From contig CAWIIP010000002.1 in NCBI GenBank assembly GCA_963836235.1, positions 1,824,001-1,888,000 on the forward strand: a DNA stretch of 64,000 nucleotides, in the 5' to 3' direction. The position numbers and the translations under genes were made by a program. Shown piece after piece: positions 36,718-46,370 of the stretch (within the stretch, counting starts at the first letter, position 1; each line of letters begins with the position of its first letter). The DNA comes from an uncultured Pseudomonadota bacterium (GTDB lineage Bacteria; Oederibacteriota; Muellerivitia; Muellerivitales; Muellerivitaceae). The notes beneath the pieces are model-generated. The model worked only from the letters and a program-made list of their open reading frames with translations. It made no database searches and had not been told where the DNA came from.

Positions 36718-37464
36718 ATGAACCCGGCATTCTCCTATATGATATTGAGCGTGGTGGTGGTCAGCCTGCTCTCGTTGATTGGTATTTCACTTTTATCTTT
36801 AAGCCACGAGTCTTTTCATAAGATTGTTTTTGGCCTGGTCGCCCTAGCCGTGGGCGCCCTCTTTGGGGATAGCTTTTTGCACCTTTTGCCGGAAGCTTAT
36901 AAAGACCCATCCCGCGCCAATACCGCGTCACTTTTCGTGATGGCCGGAATTCTGCTTTTTTTCGTCCTGGAAAATTTCTTGCATTGGCGGCACCAGCATT
37001 CGGACGAGCATGAAACCATCGCGCCCTATGGATACCTGAATATTTTGGCCGACATGACCCATAATTTTATCGACGGGCTTATCATCGGCGCCTCCTATTT
37101 GGTTGGGACCAAAATGGGGATCGCCACCACCTTGGCCGTCATGCTTCACGAAATCCCCCATGAGTTCAGTAATTTTGGAATTCTGGTTCAATCCGGGTTT
37201 ACCCGTTGGCGGGCTCTTTTCCTCAATTTTCTTACGGCTTTAACCGCCATGGCCGGGGGGCTCATCGCCTGGTGGGTAGGGGGACAGACCGTGGATTTCA
37301 TCCGGCTTTTGATCCCATTGACCGCCGGTGGATTTATTTATATCGCGGGGTCGGACCTCGTTCCCCAACTCCATAAAGAGGTCAGAACTTTCCGGGCTTT
37401 ATTTCAGATTCTTGCCATTATTTCGGGGGCCGGATTAATGTTTCTGTTAAAGCTGTTGGAATAA
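36718..37464 (+). CDS. ZIP family metal transporter
   Basis: HLLPEA, HNFIDG, HEIPHE, GGFIYIA. Confidence 0.93.
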   Translation: MNPAFSYMILSVVVVSLLSLIGISLLSLSHESFHKIVFGLVALAVGALFGDSFLHLLPEAYKDPSRANTASLFVMAGILLFFVLENFLHWRHQHSDEHETIAPYGYLNILADMTHNFIDGLIIGASYLVGTKMGIATTLAVMLHEIPHEFSNFGILVQSGFTRWRALFLNFLTALTAMAGGLIAWWVGGQTVDFIRLLIPLTAGGFIYIAGSDLVPQLHKEVRTFRALFQILAIISGAGLMFLLKLLE

Positions 37465-37624
37465 TTTTTTAGGACCGGTCTCCGAGAGCTTTTGTTTCAC
37501 GAAAAAAACTTTAAAATATTAGGAATGTATCCAATGGTTTTAACGTTTGGGCGGTGAAATAAACAGGACACCAAAAGGCGAAGGCCAAAAGCAGGGAAAT
37601 CAACATTTTTTGCTATGGTTCTTT

Positions 37625-37640
37625 TGTGATCTATCTCATA
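37625..37640. promoter_or_regulatory. CRP/FNR- or Rex-like site upstream of the cox operon
   Basis: TGTGA-N6-TCATA. Confidence 0.45.
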
Positions 37641-37779
37641 AAATAACCCGGTTTCTTTCCAGGGTCTTTCGCGGTGATGCAACTTCGTGGAGGTCTTGAG
37701 GACCTCGTTTGATTTCAACGCCTACCGCGGTCAGATTGCCGAGACCTGCTTCCGTTTAATTTATTGAAAGGAAAATTTC

Positions 37780-38465
37780 ATGCTCGATACCCTTCCTCAA
37801 GCCATCTCGTCCTTCGCCCCCTCGATCGACCAGATGCTTTACTTGATTTACTACATCACCGGAGCTTTCTTTATTGGGATGGAAGGTTACCTCATTTACT
37901 TGGTGGTTCGTTACCGCCAAAAAAAGGGAACGGTTGCTAAATATGAACCCGGCAACACTTGGGCCCAAATCCAATGGATCATTGTTTTCTCAGTTGTCAT
38001 TCTTGCCCTGGACCTGAGCATCGACATCAAGGGGGGAAAACCTGGGCCCAGGTTAAGGAAGACATGCCCACCACCGATTTGACGGTCAAGGTGCAAGCCA
38101 AACAATTCGACTGGACCTTCTTTTATCCGGACAAGGACGGGAAGTTCGACACGCCGGGGGCCATTTCCTCCTACCGGGAACTTCACGTTCCGGTCGGAAA
38201 GAAAATCCACGTGATCATGACGTCCCTTGACGTCATCCATGATTTCTTCATGCCGGAAGTACGGTTGAAACAGGACGTCATGCCCCAACGGGAAATCAAC
38301 GAGTGGTTCGACACGACGCAAACCGGGACCTTCCATATTGTTTGCGACGAGCTTTGCGGTTTCGGCCATACCCGCATGACGGGGGTCCTTCAAGTGGATG
38401 ACCAGAAAACTTTCGACGATTGGCTGGCCCAGAAAGACAAAGAACAGCATGGAGGTCAACAATGA
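37780..38465 (+). CDS. coxB: Cytochrome c oxidase subunit II, split by a -1 frameshift at about 38031-38040
   Basis: TM part in ORF 37780-38082; CuA part (DVIH, CDELCGFGHTRM) in ORF 37959-38465. Confidence 0.9.
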
Positions 38466-40153
38466 CGCAGGAACATGGCGAACACCACGATAGCCACGAG
38501 CATAAGCGGAGTTTCATCAGTCATTATATTTTCTCCACTGATCACAAAATGATCGGAAAGCAGTTTCTTCTGCTTTCCATCGTCATGGCTTGTTTCGGGG
38601 GATTCATGGCTTACTTGATCCGGTGGGAAGTGGCTTATCCCAACGTCCCGGCACCCTTTTTCGGGCTTGTCACCCCAGACAAATTCAACGCCATCATCAC
38701 CCTCCACGGAACCATCATGATCTTTTTCGTGGGAATGCCCTTCCTGGCGGCTTTTCCTTCGAACTTCCTAATTCCCTTGATGATCGGGGCGAGGGACATG
38801 GCTTTCCCGAAGCTGAACATGGCTTCCTTCTGGCTGACTTTTGCGGGTGCGGCCAGCCTGATTTCCTCCTTGTTCGTTCCCGGAGGCCCGGTTGCGGGCG
38901 GTTGGGTCGGCTATCCGCCCCTTTCCGCCAGCTCGGAATTCACGGGTGTGAAGATTGGCGCAGTGCTTTGGCTCTTGGCCCTTGCGTGCGCCTTTTTTTC
39001 ATCGAGCTTAGGCGGGTTGAATTATCTGGTGACCGCCATCACCTTACGGGCTCCTGGCATGACCTATTCCCGTTTTCCCATGACGGTTTGGTTTCTTCTA
39101 GCCTCCGCCGTGACCTTCTTCTTTTCGGTCGGACCCCTTATCGCGGGCGCTTTCATGCTCATGATGGACAACGTCTTCGGAACGGGTTTTTTCCTTCCGG
39201 CCAAGGGGGGTGAGCCTATGTTGTGGGAACATCTTTTTTGGTTCTTCGGGCATCCAGAAGTCTACGTTCTTTTCTTTCCAGCGCTGGGGATGGGGCTGGA
39301 CATTCTTTCCACCTTTACCCGTAAGCCCATTTTTGGCTACAAGCTCATCCTTTGGAGCACTGTCTCAGCCATCCTCTTGAGCTTCATCGTTTGGGCCCAT
39401 CACATGTTCATGTCCGGTTTGAATCCGGTATTGGCCACGCCTTTCTCCATCACCACCATCCTCATTTCTATTCCCTTCGCCATCATTATTTTCTGCATGC
39501 TGGCCACGCTTCGTCATGGGTCGATCCGCCTGGAACTGCCCATGCTTTGGATGCTGGGTTTCTTGTCGACTTTCCTCATTGGGGGATTGACGGGAATCTT
39601 CCTGGGCTCGGCCACCGCCGATATTTATTTACACGGCACCTATTTCGTGGTGGCCCACTTCCACTACACCTTATTTCCCTCGGTCTTTTTCGGTGGTTTT
39701 TCCGCCGTTTATTATTGGTTCCCGAAAATGTATGGCCGCAAGTTGAACGACAAGTTGGGGCTCCTACACTTAGTTTTGACCTTCATTTTCTTCAATGGAA
39801 CCTTTTGGCCCCTCTTTCGGGTTGGCATGGGCGGAATGATCCGCCGTATCGCCGATCCCTCCTTCTATCCTCAGTACCACCAATTCGCGGGCTGGAATAT
39901 TTTTGCCACCATATCCGCCCTCTGCCTGATCGCCACCCAGACCATTTTCCTTTGGAACTTGATCTTGAGCATGAAACACGGTCCGTTGGCAGGAAAGAAT
40001 CCTTACGAAGCTAATACCTTGGAATGGCTGGCCGATTCGCCTCCCCCCCACGGCAATTGGGGCCCCACCCTGCCAGTGGTCACCAGCGGCCCTTATGAAT
40101 ACAGCAAACCCGGGGAAGCCACTGATTGGCATCCTCAGGCCCAAAACATTTAA
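38462..40153 (+). CDS. coxA: Cytochrome c oxidase subunit I (A1 type)
   Basis: TLHGT, GARDMAFP, FWFFGHPEVY, WAHH, HFHY. Confidence 0.96.
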   Translation: MTQEHGEHHDSHEHKRSFISHYIFSTDHKMIGKQFLLLSIVMACFGGFMAYLIRWEVAYPNVPAPFFGLVTPDKFNAIITLHGTIMIFFVGMPFLAAFPSNFLIPLMIGARDMAFPKLNMASFWLTFAGAASLISSLFVPGGPVAGGWVGYPPLSASSEFTGVKIGAVLWLLALACAFFSSSLGGLNYLVTAITLRAPGMTYSRFPMTVWFLLASAVTFFFSVGPLIAGAFMLMMDNVFGTGFFLPAKGGEPMLWEHLFWFFGHPEVYVLFFPALGMGLDILSTFTRKPIFGYKLILWSTVSAILLSFIVWAHHMFMSGLNPVLATPFSITTILISIPFAIIIFCMLATLRHGSIRLELPMLWMLGFLSTFLIGGLTGIFLGSATADIYLHGTYFVVAHFHYTLFPSVFFGGFSAVYYWFPKMYGRKLNDKLGLLHLVLTFIFFNGTFWPLFRVGMGGMIRRIADPSFYPQYHQFAGWNIFATISALCLIATQTIFLWNLILSMKHGPLAGKNPYEANTLEWLADSPPPHGNWGPTLPVVTSGPYEYSKPGEATDWHPQAQNI

Positions 40154-40171
40154 TTCAATAAGGAGAAGATA

Positions 40172-40798
40172 ATGGATAACAGCGCCGGAATCTCCCTGAC
40201 TCCTGTTCACGCCTTGGATGAAGGTCCTTGCGGTCACAATTCCTCACCCGCGGGGCTAACGGCAGGCCGTTTGGGCGTGTGGGCTTTGATTTCCTCCGAA
40301 ATTGTCCTCTTCGCGGGCCTCTTCGGTTCTTTTATCCTGATGCGGATGATCCATCCCGAATGGGCGGAGGAAGCCCGGCATCTGAACTTGGCCGCCGGTA
40401 CGCTTAATTCTCTGGTTCTTTTGGTGAGCAATTTTTTCATGATGAAGGCTTCGACTTCCGTAAAAGAAGGCCGTGCGGATGACGTGAAGAAATTCCTGTT
40501 TTTGACCATTTTCATGGGGATCGTCTTCCTTGGAGTCAAGGCTTATGAATACACCAATGAATTTGCCCATGGGGAATTTCCCTCCAGTCTGGGCTTCTGG
40601 TCCTTCTACTTCCTGATGACCGGAATTCACGCTACTCATATCATCGGCGGCCTCGTGGCCCTGGGAATCCTTTGGGTCAAGGCCATGAAAGGTACCCTGG
40701 GATCCATGCAGGGCCGGGTGGCCCTAACTGGAATCTATTGGTCTTTCGTTGAAGTGGTCTGGATTTTCCTATTTCCCATGCTTTATCTTTTGGCTTAA
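40172..40798 (+). CDS. coxC: Cytochrome c oxidase subunit III
   Basis: SSEIVLF, FYFLMTGIHATH, YW.FVEVVW. Confidence 0.9.
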   Translation: MDNSAGISLTPVHALDEGPCGHNSSPAGLTAGRLGVWALISSEIVLFAGLFGSFILMRMIHPEWAEEARHLNLAAGTLNSLVLLVSNFFMMKASTSVKEGRADDVKKFLFLTIFMGIVFLGVKAYEYTNEFAHGEFPSSLGFWSFYFLMTGIHATHIIGGLVALGILWVKAMKGTLGSMQGRVALTGIYWSFVEVVWIFLFPMLYLLA

Positions 40799-40814
40799 CT
40801 CAAGGAGGAATCAA

Positions 40815-41117
40815 ATGAACTCAAAAACATCTTCCAACAATCATACGGCCATCTTTTCGGCCCTGGTGGTCATGGCCCTCTGTGCGGTGGGAATCAGCTT
40901 TTTACACCTGCCCATCGTTCCCAATAACCTGGCTATTTTCGCGGTCGCGATCGTGATGGCGGGGTTAGTTTTCTTCCAATATATGGATCTAAAATCGGAA
41001 GGAAAGCTTATCTATTGGATTATGGTCATCCCCTTCGTTTTGTTCGGCATCTTGTTCGTTCTTTTCATTCCCGACGTCTGCCACTATTCCATCGATTTCC
41101 TCAAAAGGTACTTCTAA
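40815..41117 (+). CDS. Cytochrome c oxidase subunit IV
   Basis: Three TMs, YMDLKSE motif, operon position. Confidence 0.8.
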   Translation: MNSKTSSNNHTAIFSALVVMALCAVGISFLHLPIVPNNLAIFAVAIVMAGLVFFQYMDLKSEGKLIYWIMVIPFVLFGILFVLFIPDVCHYSIDFLKRYF

Positions 41118-41118
41118 A

Positions 41119-41721
41119 GTGGCGGGCCCTGTTTCGGGCCCGGTCACCCTTTTGGCCGGGACTCCTTCCAACCGCCGCATGGAACCCGCCAAGCTGGGGA
41201 TTCTCTTGTTTATCGCTGCGGAAATCATGTTTTTCAGCGGATTAATCAGCGCCTTCGTGGTCTTCCGTTTCAGCCCCGTCCAATGGCCGCCCGCGGGCCA
41301 ACCCCGTCTGCCCCTGGAAGTGACCTCCGTGAATACCCTCATTCTGCTCTTAAGCGGTGTTACTTTTTTCCTCACCTTTAGGGCTTTGAAAGCTTCCCAG
41401 GAAGTGCTTTTTAAAAAACTCCTTACCTTGACCGCGGTCCTGGGTCTGGTTTTCCTCCTGGTTCAGGGTTTCGAGTGGATAAGACTGTTGCATTTCGGCC
41501 TGACCCTCCACAACAGCATTTTCGGCGGCTTTTTTTATTGCCTGGTGGGTGTCCATGCCGTCCATGTGGCCGGGGGATTGGCCGCCCTTCTTTTCGTGTT
41601 GGCCCGTGCCTGGCAGGGAGCCTATAGCGCCGGGAAAAGTCTAGGAGTGGAACTCTGCCGGATGTATTGGTTTTTTGTGGTCGGCCTTTGGCCGATTCTT
41701 TTCGCGCTCGTTTATCTGTAA
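41119..41721 (+). CDS. Second subunit III-like protein
   Basis: AEIMFF, NTLILLLS, GVHAVHV, YWFFV. Confidence 0.88.
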   Translation: MAGPVSGPVTLLAGTPSNRRMEPAKLGILLFIAAEIMFFSGLISAFVVFRFSPVQWPPAGQPRLPLEVTSVNTLILLLSGVTFFLTFRALKASQEVLFKKLLTLTAVLGLVFLLVQGFEWIRLLHFGLTLHNSIFGGFFYCLVGVHAVHVAGGLAALLFVLARAWQGAYSAGKSLGVELCRMYWFFVVGLWPILFALVYL

Positions 41722-41742
41722 GCTGTTGATAGAGGATTCAGA

Positions 41743-41973
41743 ATGACTCGAAAAATTCAACTTAAAACCAAGCTCCCAAAGTTCTTTTTATTTCTCGCCT
41801 TCGGACTTCTCCCTGTCTTGTCTGAAGCCTGCCCCCGGTGCGTGGATGCCACACCTTACAAAACGGGAATGCAAATAGCCGTTGCGGTGCTTCTGCCGAT
41901 TCCGTTTCTCCTGGCTTATGGCCTTTATCTTTGGATTCGAAACGAATCTAAAGCTGAGTCTTCCGAGATTTAA
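41743..41973 (+). CDS. Small cox-associated membrane protein with CxxC
   Basis: Signal peptide, ACPRC, one TM helix. Confidence 0.65.
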   Translation: MTRKIQLKTKLPKFFLFLAFGLLPVLSEACPRCVDATPYKTGMQIAVAVLLPIPFLLAYGLYLWIRNESKAESSEI

Positions 41974-42323
41974 CGGTTCCTCCGCAAGTTCAATCGGCCA
42001 AATCTTTTTACCCAAGTTTCCGCCCCCGCCGCTTTAAACCTGTCTTGAATTTTTTCAATTCTTCGGATTAAGGTTTGAAAATATTTACTGTTCATAAGTT
42101 GTTTGACCATGGCATAAAGCGGGCCAAACGGGAAAGTTGCGTTTAACCCAATAAAAAAGGGCTATGTAAATTTTTTTAAAAGCCTAGGCCCGTTTCGAGC
42201 GCCGGGATTAAAATAGACTCATTCCAAAACTTCTTTCATCGCCAACCGGTTTACGCCGGAATTTATTTCGGTGAAAGTTTTTCAACTCCAATCCACGACG
42301 ACTTAGAACTTCTCAACCAGGGG

Positions 42324-42602
42324 GTGCACATGGAAATTACCAAGAAGGTCAAGATTCTCAACCGTCTCGGGCTGCATTTAAGGGCGGCGGCTCAGTTCGT
42401 CAAAACATCCTGCAAATTCAAGTGCCGTATCATTGTGAGAAACCACATGGGCCCGGTTGATGGCAAGAGCCTGCTCAACCTGATGACCTTGGCGGCCAGT
42501 TACGGTTCCGAACTGACCATCGTATTCCAGGGGGAGGACGCCAAGCTCGCCAGCGATGAAATTCAAAACCTTTTTTTGACAAGATTCGGCGAAAAAGAAT
42601 AG
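42324..42602 (+). CDS. ptsH: HPr family phosphocarrier
   Basis: NRLGLHLRAA (His15), VDGKSL (Ser46). Confidence 0.9.
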   Translation: MHMEITKKVKILNRLGLHLRAAAQFVKTSCKFKCRIIVRNHMGPVDGKSLLNLMTLAASYGSELTIVFQGEDAKLASDEIQNLFLTRFGEKE

Positions 42603-42678
42603 TCGATAGCTTTAAAACCGGGGTTCAAGGCCTTCTCCCATCAGGGAGACGGCCTTTTTTATTTGACCCGAAAGAAAG

Positions 42679-44193
42679 TCAAACCCGCATTCCTGTCACC
42701 TCGTAAATCGTCACGGGTTCAACGCGGCCCCGCACGTTCACATTATCCACGAAACGGGTTTCGGCGATTTTTTTCACCGCATTGTAGGTTTCCTCGCTGA
42801 TGAGGGTGGAAGTTTTGTATTCTTTATTTAGGCTCTCCAGGCGAGAGGCCAGGTTGACCGCGTCGCCGATGGCGCTGTATTCCATTCGTTTTTCCGAGCC
42901 GATATTCCCGACGACGATTTCTCCCGTGTGGATGCCGATACCGATCTTGAATTCCGGCAGTCCCTGTTTGGCCCAACGCCAGGACAGGTCGGCAGCGGCC
43001 TTTTGCATGTCGACCGCGGCCCGAACCGCCCGTTCCTCGTCATTACCCAGGCTGAGGGGTGCCCCGAAGAGCGCCATGACCGCGTCCCCGATAAACTTGT
43101 CGAGAGTACCCTCATGTTTGAAAACGATGTCGATCATCAGAGCCAGGTACTCGTTCAAGCGGGCCACGATCACCTCCGGTGGGACTTTTTCGGACATGGA
43201 GGTGAAACCCCGGATATCGGAAAAGAGGATGGTGACCCGCCGCCGTTCGGCATCCCAGAAGGACTTTTCTGGGTTGGCCAGAATTTTATCGGCGATCTGG
43301 CGGCTGACGTAGCGCCCGAATTGCTGGCGATAAAGTTCCCGTTCCCTCAAACCCTTGGCCATCAGGTTGAAGGCCTTGGCAAAGTCGCCCACCTCGTCGT
43401 TTTGGGCAATGGGTACCCGGTAATCGAAATCACCATTGGCCATTGCCTGGGTTCCGGCGATCAAGGTCTTAATCGGCCGGGTTACCTGCCTGGCTAGGGG
43501 AAGGCTCAAAACCAGGCACAGAAACAACCCCACCAAGGCGCATCCCAGGGAGCGCCTCCGGAAGCTTTGCAGGGCGTCGGCGACGGTTTGGGCGCTGGCA
43601 TCCACGCTTAAAACGCCTACGGGGTTTCCCGCCCGATTGAAAATGGGTGCACTGGCCGAGATGAGGCTGCCCCAGCCTTGGTAATCCCGCAATTGGTCCT
43701 CGGCCATGGGCTTTCTCAAGGGCTTGAGCCAGCGCGGGTCATAAGTGAAGTCCTCGGTGGCGCCGAGCGGGGAAAAATCCTTGGAATCCTCGGAAGCCGA
43801 ATCCACCACATAACGCCAGAGGCCGGGCTTGCTCGTGGGAGCCATCGTATAGAGAAAACGGAAACGGATTTGGCCGTTGACGGTTTTTAGCCGGCGCAAA
43901 CGCGATTGGATTTTTCGGTAATCCTTCGAACTCATCTGGGAAGGCCGGGTGAGTTTGGCGAAAGCGTCTCCATCGATGTTTTGGGCGCCGTTCACGACGA
44001 CAGTGACGAGCTTCTGGCCGAATTCCTCAATAATGCTTTGGGCGGCGAGGCGGTAAAGGATGATGGAAGTGGCCGATAAGACAATTAGGAAGCCGAAGCC
44101 CATGACCGCGGCGATTTTGACACGGAAGGGAATCCTCATGTTTTGAAAGAGTGAAAATTTGTCCGCCTGAGTTTTAGGGAGTGTCATTCCCAA
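42679..44193 (-). CDS. Membrane class III adenylate cyclase with sensor and HAMP domains
   Basis: FSDIRGFT, DKFIGD, GDAVNLASRLE; two TMs. Confidence 0.95.
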   Translation of the reverse strand: MGMTLPKTQADKFSLFQNMRIPFRVKIAAVMGFGFLIVLSATSIILYRLAAQSIIEEFGQKLVTVVVNGAQNIDGDAFAKLTRPSQMSSKDYRKIQSRLRRLKTVNGQIRFRFLYTMAPTSKPGLWRYVVDSASEDSKDFSPLGATEDFTYDPRWLKPLRKPMAEDQLRDYQGWGSLISASAPIFNRAGNPVGVLSVDASAQTVADALQSFRRRSLGCALVGLFLCLVLSLPLARQVTRPIKTLIAGTQAMANGDFDYRVPIAQNDEVGDFAKAFNLMAKGLRERELYRQQFGRYVSRQIADKILANPEKSFWDAERRRVTILFSDIRGFTSMSEKVPPEVIVARLNEYLALMIDIVFKHEGTLDKFIGDAVMALFGAPLSLGNDEERAVRAAVDMQKAAADLSWRWAKQGLPEFKIGIGIHTGEIVVGNIGSEKRMEYSAIGDAVNLASRLESLNKEYKTSTLISEETYNAVKKIAETRFVDNVNVRGRVEPVTIYEVTGMRV

Positions 44194-44274
44194 GAATCAT
44201 AACCAGAGAGCCGAAGAAAGGGGAAGCCCTAAACGAAAACCGCTGAAAACTTTAGATGAAGGGCGTCAGGAAGT

Positions 44275-45462
44275 TTAAGCGGCCCGAAGAGAAGCGGATT
44301 TCTTGATGAAAAAGAGAAGAAGGGAAGCCAATAAGGCGAAGGCGGCTCCCAGCTTAAAAGCCATGGGATAGCCCCAATGCCCGCCCACGAAACCGAAAAT
44401 CAGGCTGGCGGGTAGTGCTCCCAACCCCGTCACCAGGTAGTAATAGCCGAAAGCTGTGCCGCGCAGGGCTTGGGGCGCCAAATCCCCGATAAAGGCTTTT
44501 TCGGAGGGTTCGCAGATGCCGTAATAAAGGCCATAGGCCATGAAAAGGAAGATTCCCATCCCCTTTTGGTCCGCCAGCCCGAAAGCTAGATAAATGAGGG
44601 CGTAATAGAGCCATCCCGAGACGATGACCGACTTGCGGCCGAAGCGGTCGGAGAAAGTCCCCCCGTAATAGGACGAGAGCATCCGCACTCCCCCATTCAA
44701 GCCCCAAAGGGCAAAAATGAGGGAAGCGGAGACACCCAATTGGGACAATCGGATAATTAAGAAGGCGTCGGTGGAATTGCCGAGGGTAAAGAGAAACAGG
44801 ACTCCCAAAAGAAACTTAAAATCCGGTCCCAGTTTTTTCCAATCCTTTAAAAGGGTTCTGTTTTTCGTTTTTTGGATTTTTTTGGCCGGGGTTTCCTTTA
44901 CCCAGAAAAGAACCAGCCAGGCGGCGATCCCCGGAACAATAGACCACATAATGATAGCCTGAAAAGAAAACCCCAGGGCGGGCAGCACCAGCAGGGCCGC
45001 CAAGAAGGGGCCCAACAATTGCCCCGCGTTGTCCATCGCGCTGTGAAAGCCGTAGGAAGCGCCCAAGTTGGAAGGATTGGTGACATCCGCGATCAAGGCG
45101 TCTTGTGGCGCCGAACGCAAGCCCTTGCCCATGCGGTCTAGAAACCGGAAGAGAAGGACGGCGGGCCAGGTTTGGACCAGGGCGATCATGGGGCGGAAGA
45201 GTCCCGAAATGCTGTAACCCCAGAGGAGGAAGGGTTTTCTTCGCCCTAACCGGTCGGCGCGGATTCCGGAAAAAACTTTGAGGACGGAGGAGGTGGCCTC
45301 CGCCACGCTTTCCACGAGTCCCAATGCTACTGGGCCAGCGCCCAGAACCAGGGTTAAAAATAGCGGAACGACGGGATAAATCATTTCCTTGGCTAGGTCG
45401 TTGAAAAGGCTCACGAGCCCCAGCTGAAAGACGGTTTTAGGGATTGATTTAAACAATTTCAT
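44275..45462 (-). CDS. MFS transporter
   Basis: DRLGRRKP, DRMGKGLR; true start MKLFK overlaps the VIT1 stop. Confidence 0.9.
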   Translation of the reverse strand: MKLFKSIPKTVFQLGLVSLFNDLAKEMIYPVVPLFLTLVLGAGPVALGLVESVAEATSSVLKVFSGIRADRLGRRKPFLLWGYSISGLFRPMIALVQTWPAVLLFRFLDRMGKGLRSAPQDALIADVTNPSNLGASYGFHSAMDNAGQLLGPFLAALLVLPALGFSFQAIIMWSIVPGIAAWLVLFWVKETPAKKIQKTKNRTLLKDWKKLGPDFKFLLGVLFLFTLGNSTDAFLIIRLSQLGVSASLIFALWGLNGGVRMLSSYYGGTFSDRFGRKSVIVSGWLYYALIYLAFGLADQKGMGIFLFMAYGLYYGICEPSEKAFIGDLAPQALRGTAFGYYYLVTGLGALPASLIFGFVGGHWGYPMAFKLGAAFALLASLLLFFIKKSASLRAA

Positions 45463-46172
45463 CCGTTGATCGCTCGGGCCAGCAGGAAGGCGGCTCCAGC
45501 GGCGGCGATGCCGATCAGGGTAACCATCGCGGCACCTTTCCAGGGGTTCTGGCCCGTGAACTTGGCCTTGAAATAGCCGAAGAGGAGCAGGCAGACGACG
45601 GTGATGACGGAAGAATCCACCAGGCCCTGGCGGGGAGTGGCGCAAAAGAAATATGCCGAAAGGGGCACCAGGCCGCCCAGGGCGTAGGAAATCCCGATGC
45701 GGAAAGCGCTCAAGTAAGCCTGTTTCGGGTCGGGCTTTTCCAGGCCCAACTCGAAGCGCATCATGAAGTCCACCCACTTTTCATGGTCCTTAGCCAGGTC
45801 GTCAGCCACCCGCTGGCGTACTTCAGGTGAAATGCCGTAAGTCTCCAGGATGTTTTTGATCTCCTCTTCTTCTTCCTTGGGGATTTCCTTGACTTCCCTT
45901 TTCTCCCTTTCCTGTTCCCCCTCGTAATGCTCGATCTCGGTCTGACCCGCTAGGAAGCCGCCCAGCCCCATCGAGATGGTTCCGGCGATGATTTCGGCCA
46001 GCCCCGCGATCAGGATGATGGAATTATTCGAAACGGCTCCGCTGAGTCCCGCCGCGAGGGCGAAGGGAACGGTCAGGCCGTCGGAAATGCCTACCACAAT
46101 GTCCCGCAGAGCCAGGGTGGAAAGGGAATGCTTTTCGTGGTGATGGTGGTGGTGGGGAATGGGGGTCGGCAT
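45459..46172 (-). CDS. VIT1/CCC1 Fe/Mn transporter
   Basis: GISDGLTVPFAL, ISMGLG, MMRFELGL; N-terminal His6. Confidence 0.93.
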   Translation of the reverse strand: MPTPIPHHHHHHEKHSLSTLALRDIVVGISDGLTVPFALAAGLSGAVSNNSIILIAGLAEIIAGTISMGLGGFLAGQTEIEHYEGEQEREKREVKEIPKEEEEEIKNILETYGISPEVRQRVADDLAKDHEKWVDFMMRFELGLEKPDPKQAYLSAFRIGISYALGGLVPLSAYFFCATPRQGLVDSSVITVVCLLLFGYFKAKFTGQNPWKGAAMVTLIGIAAAGAAFLLARAING

Positions 46173-46370
46173 GAGTTCCTTCCGGGTGAAATAGAAACAA
46201 AAGCCTTCGGTTCCCCGGAGGCTTTTTGATCTTAAAGCAGGGCGAGTCCCAACTCAAGAGTTCCCTTTGCCCCGACAGATTGGGAAAAATCGATATTGGG
46301 CTATCATCGTCTGTTCCGCTCTTTATAAAATAACATTTTCGTTTTCACGAAATCCGAAAAGGAAACGTTC

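Noticed and set aside
37661-37750. yybP-ykoY Mn riboswitch (3' CGAGACC resemblance)
   Set aside because: The 5' GGGGAGUAG element is missing; kept only as an unassigned structured leader
40172-41721. Two subunit III genes as a novelty
   Set aside because: Split or duplicated subunit III is common in bacterial cox operons
45463-45777. N-terminal extension of the MFS ORF
   Set aside because: It overlaps VIT1 in another frame; the real start is the ATGA-coupled ATG at 45462
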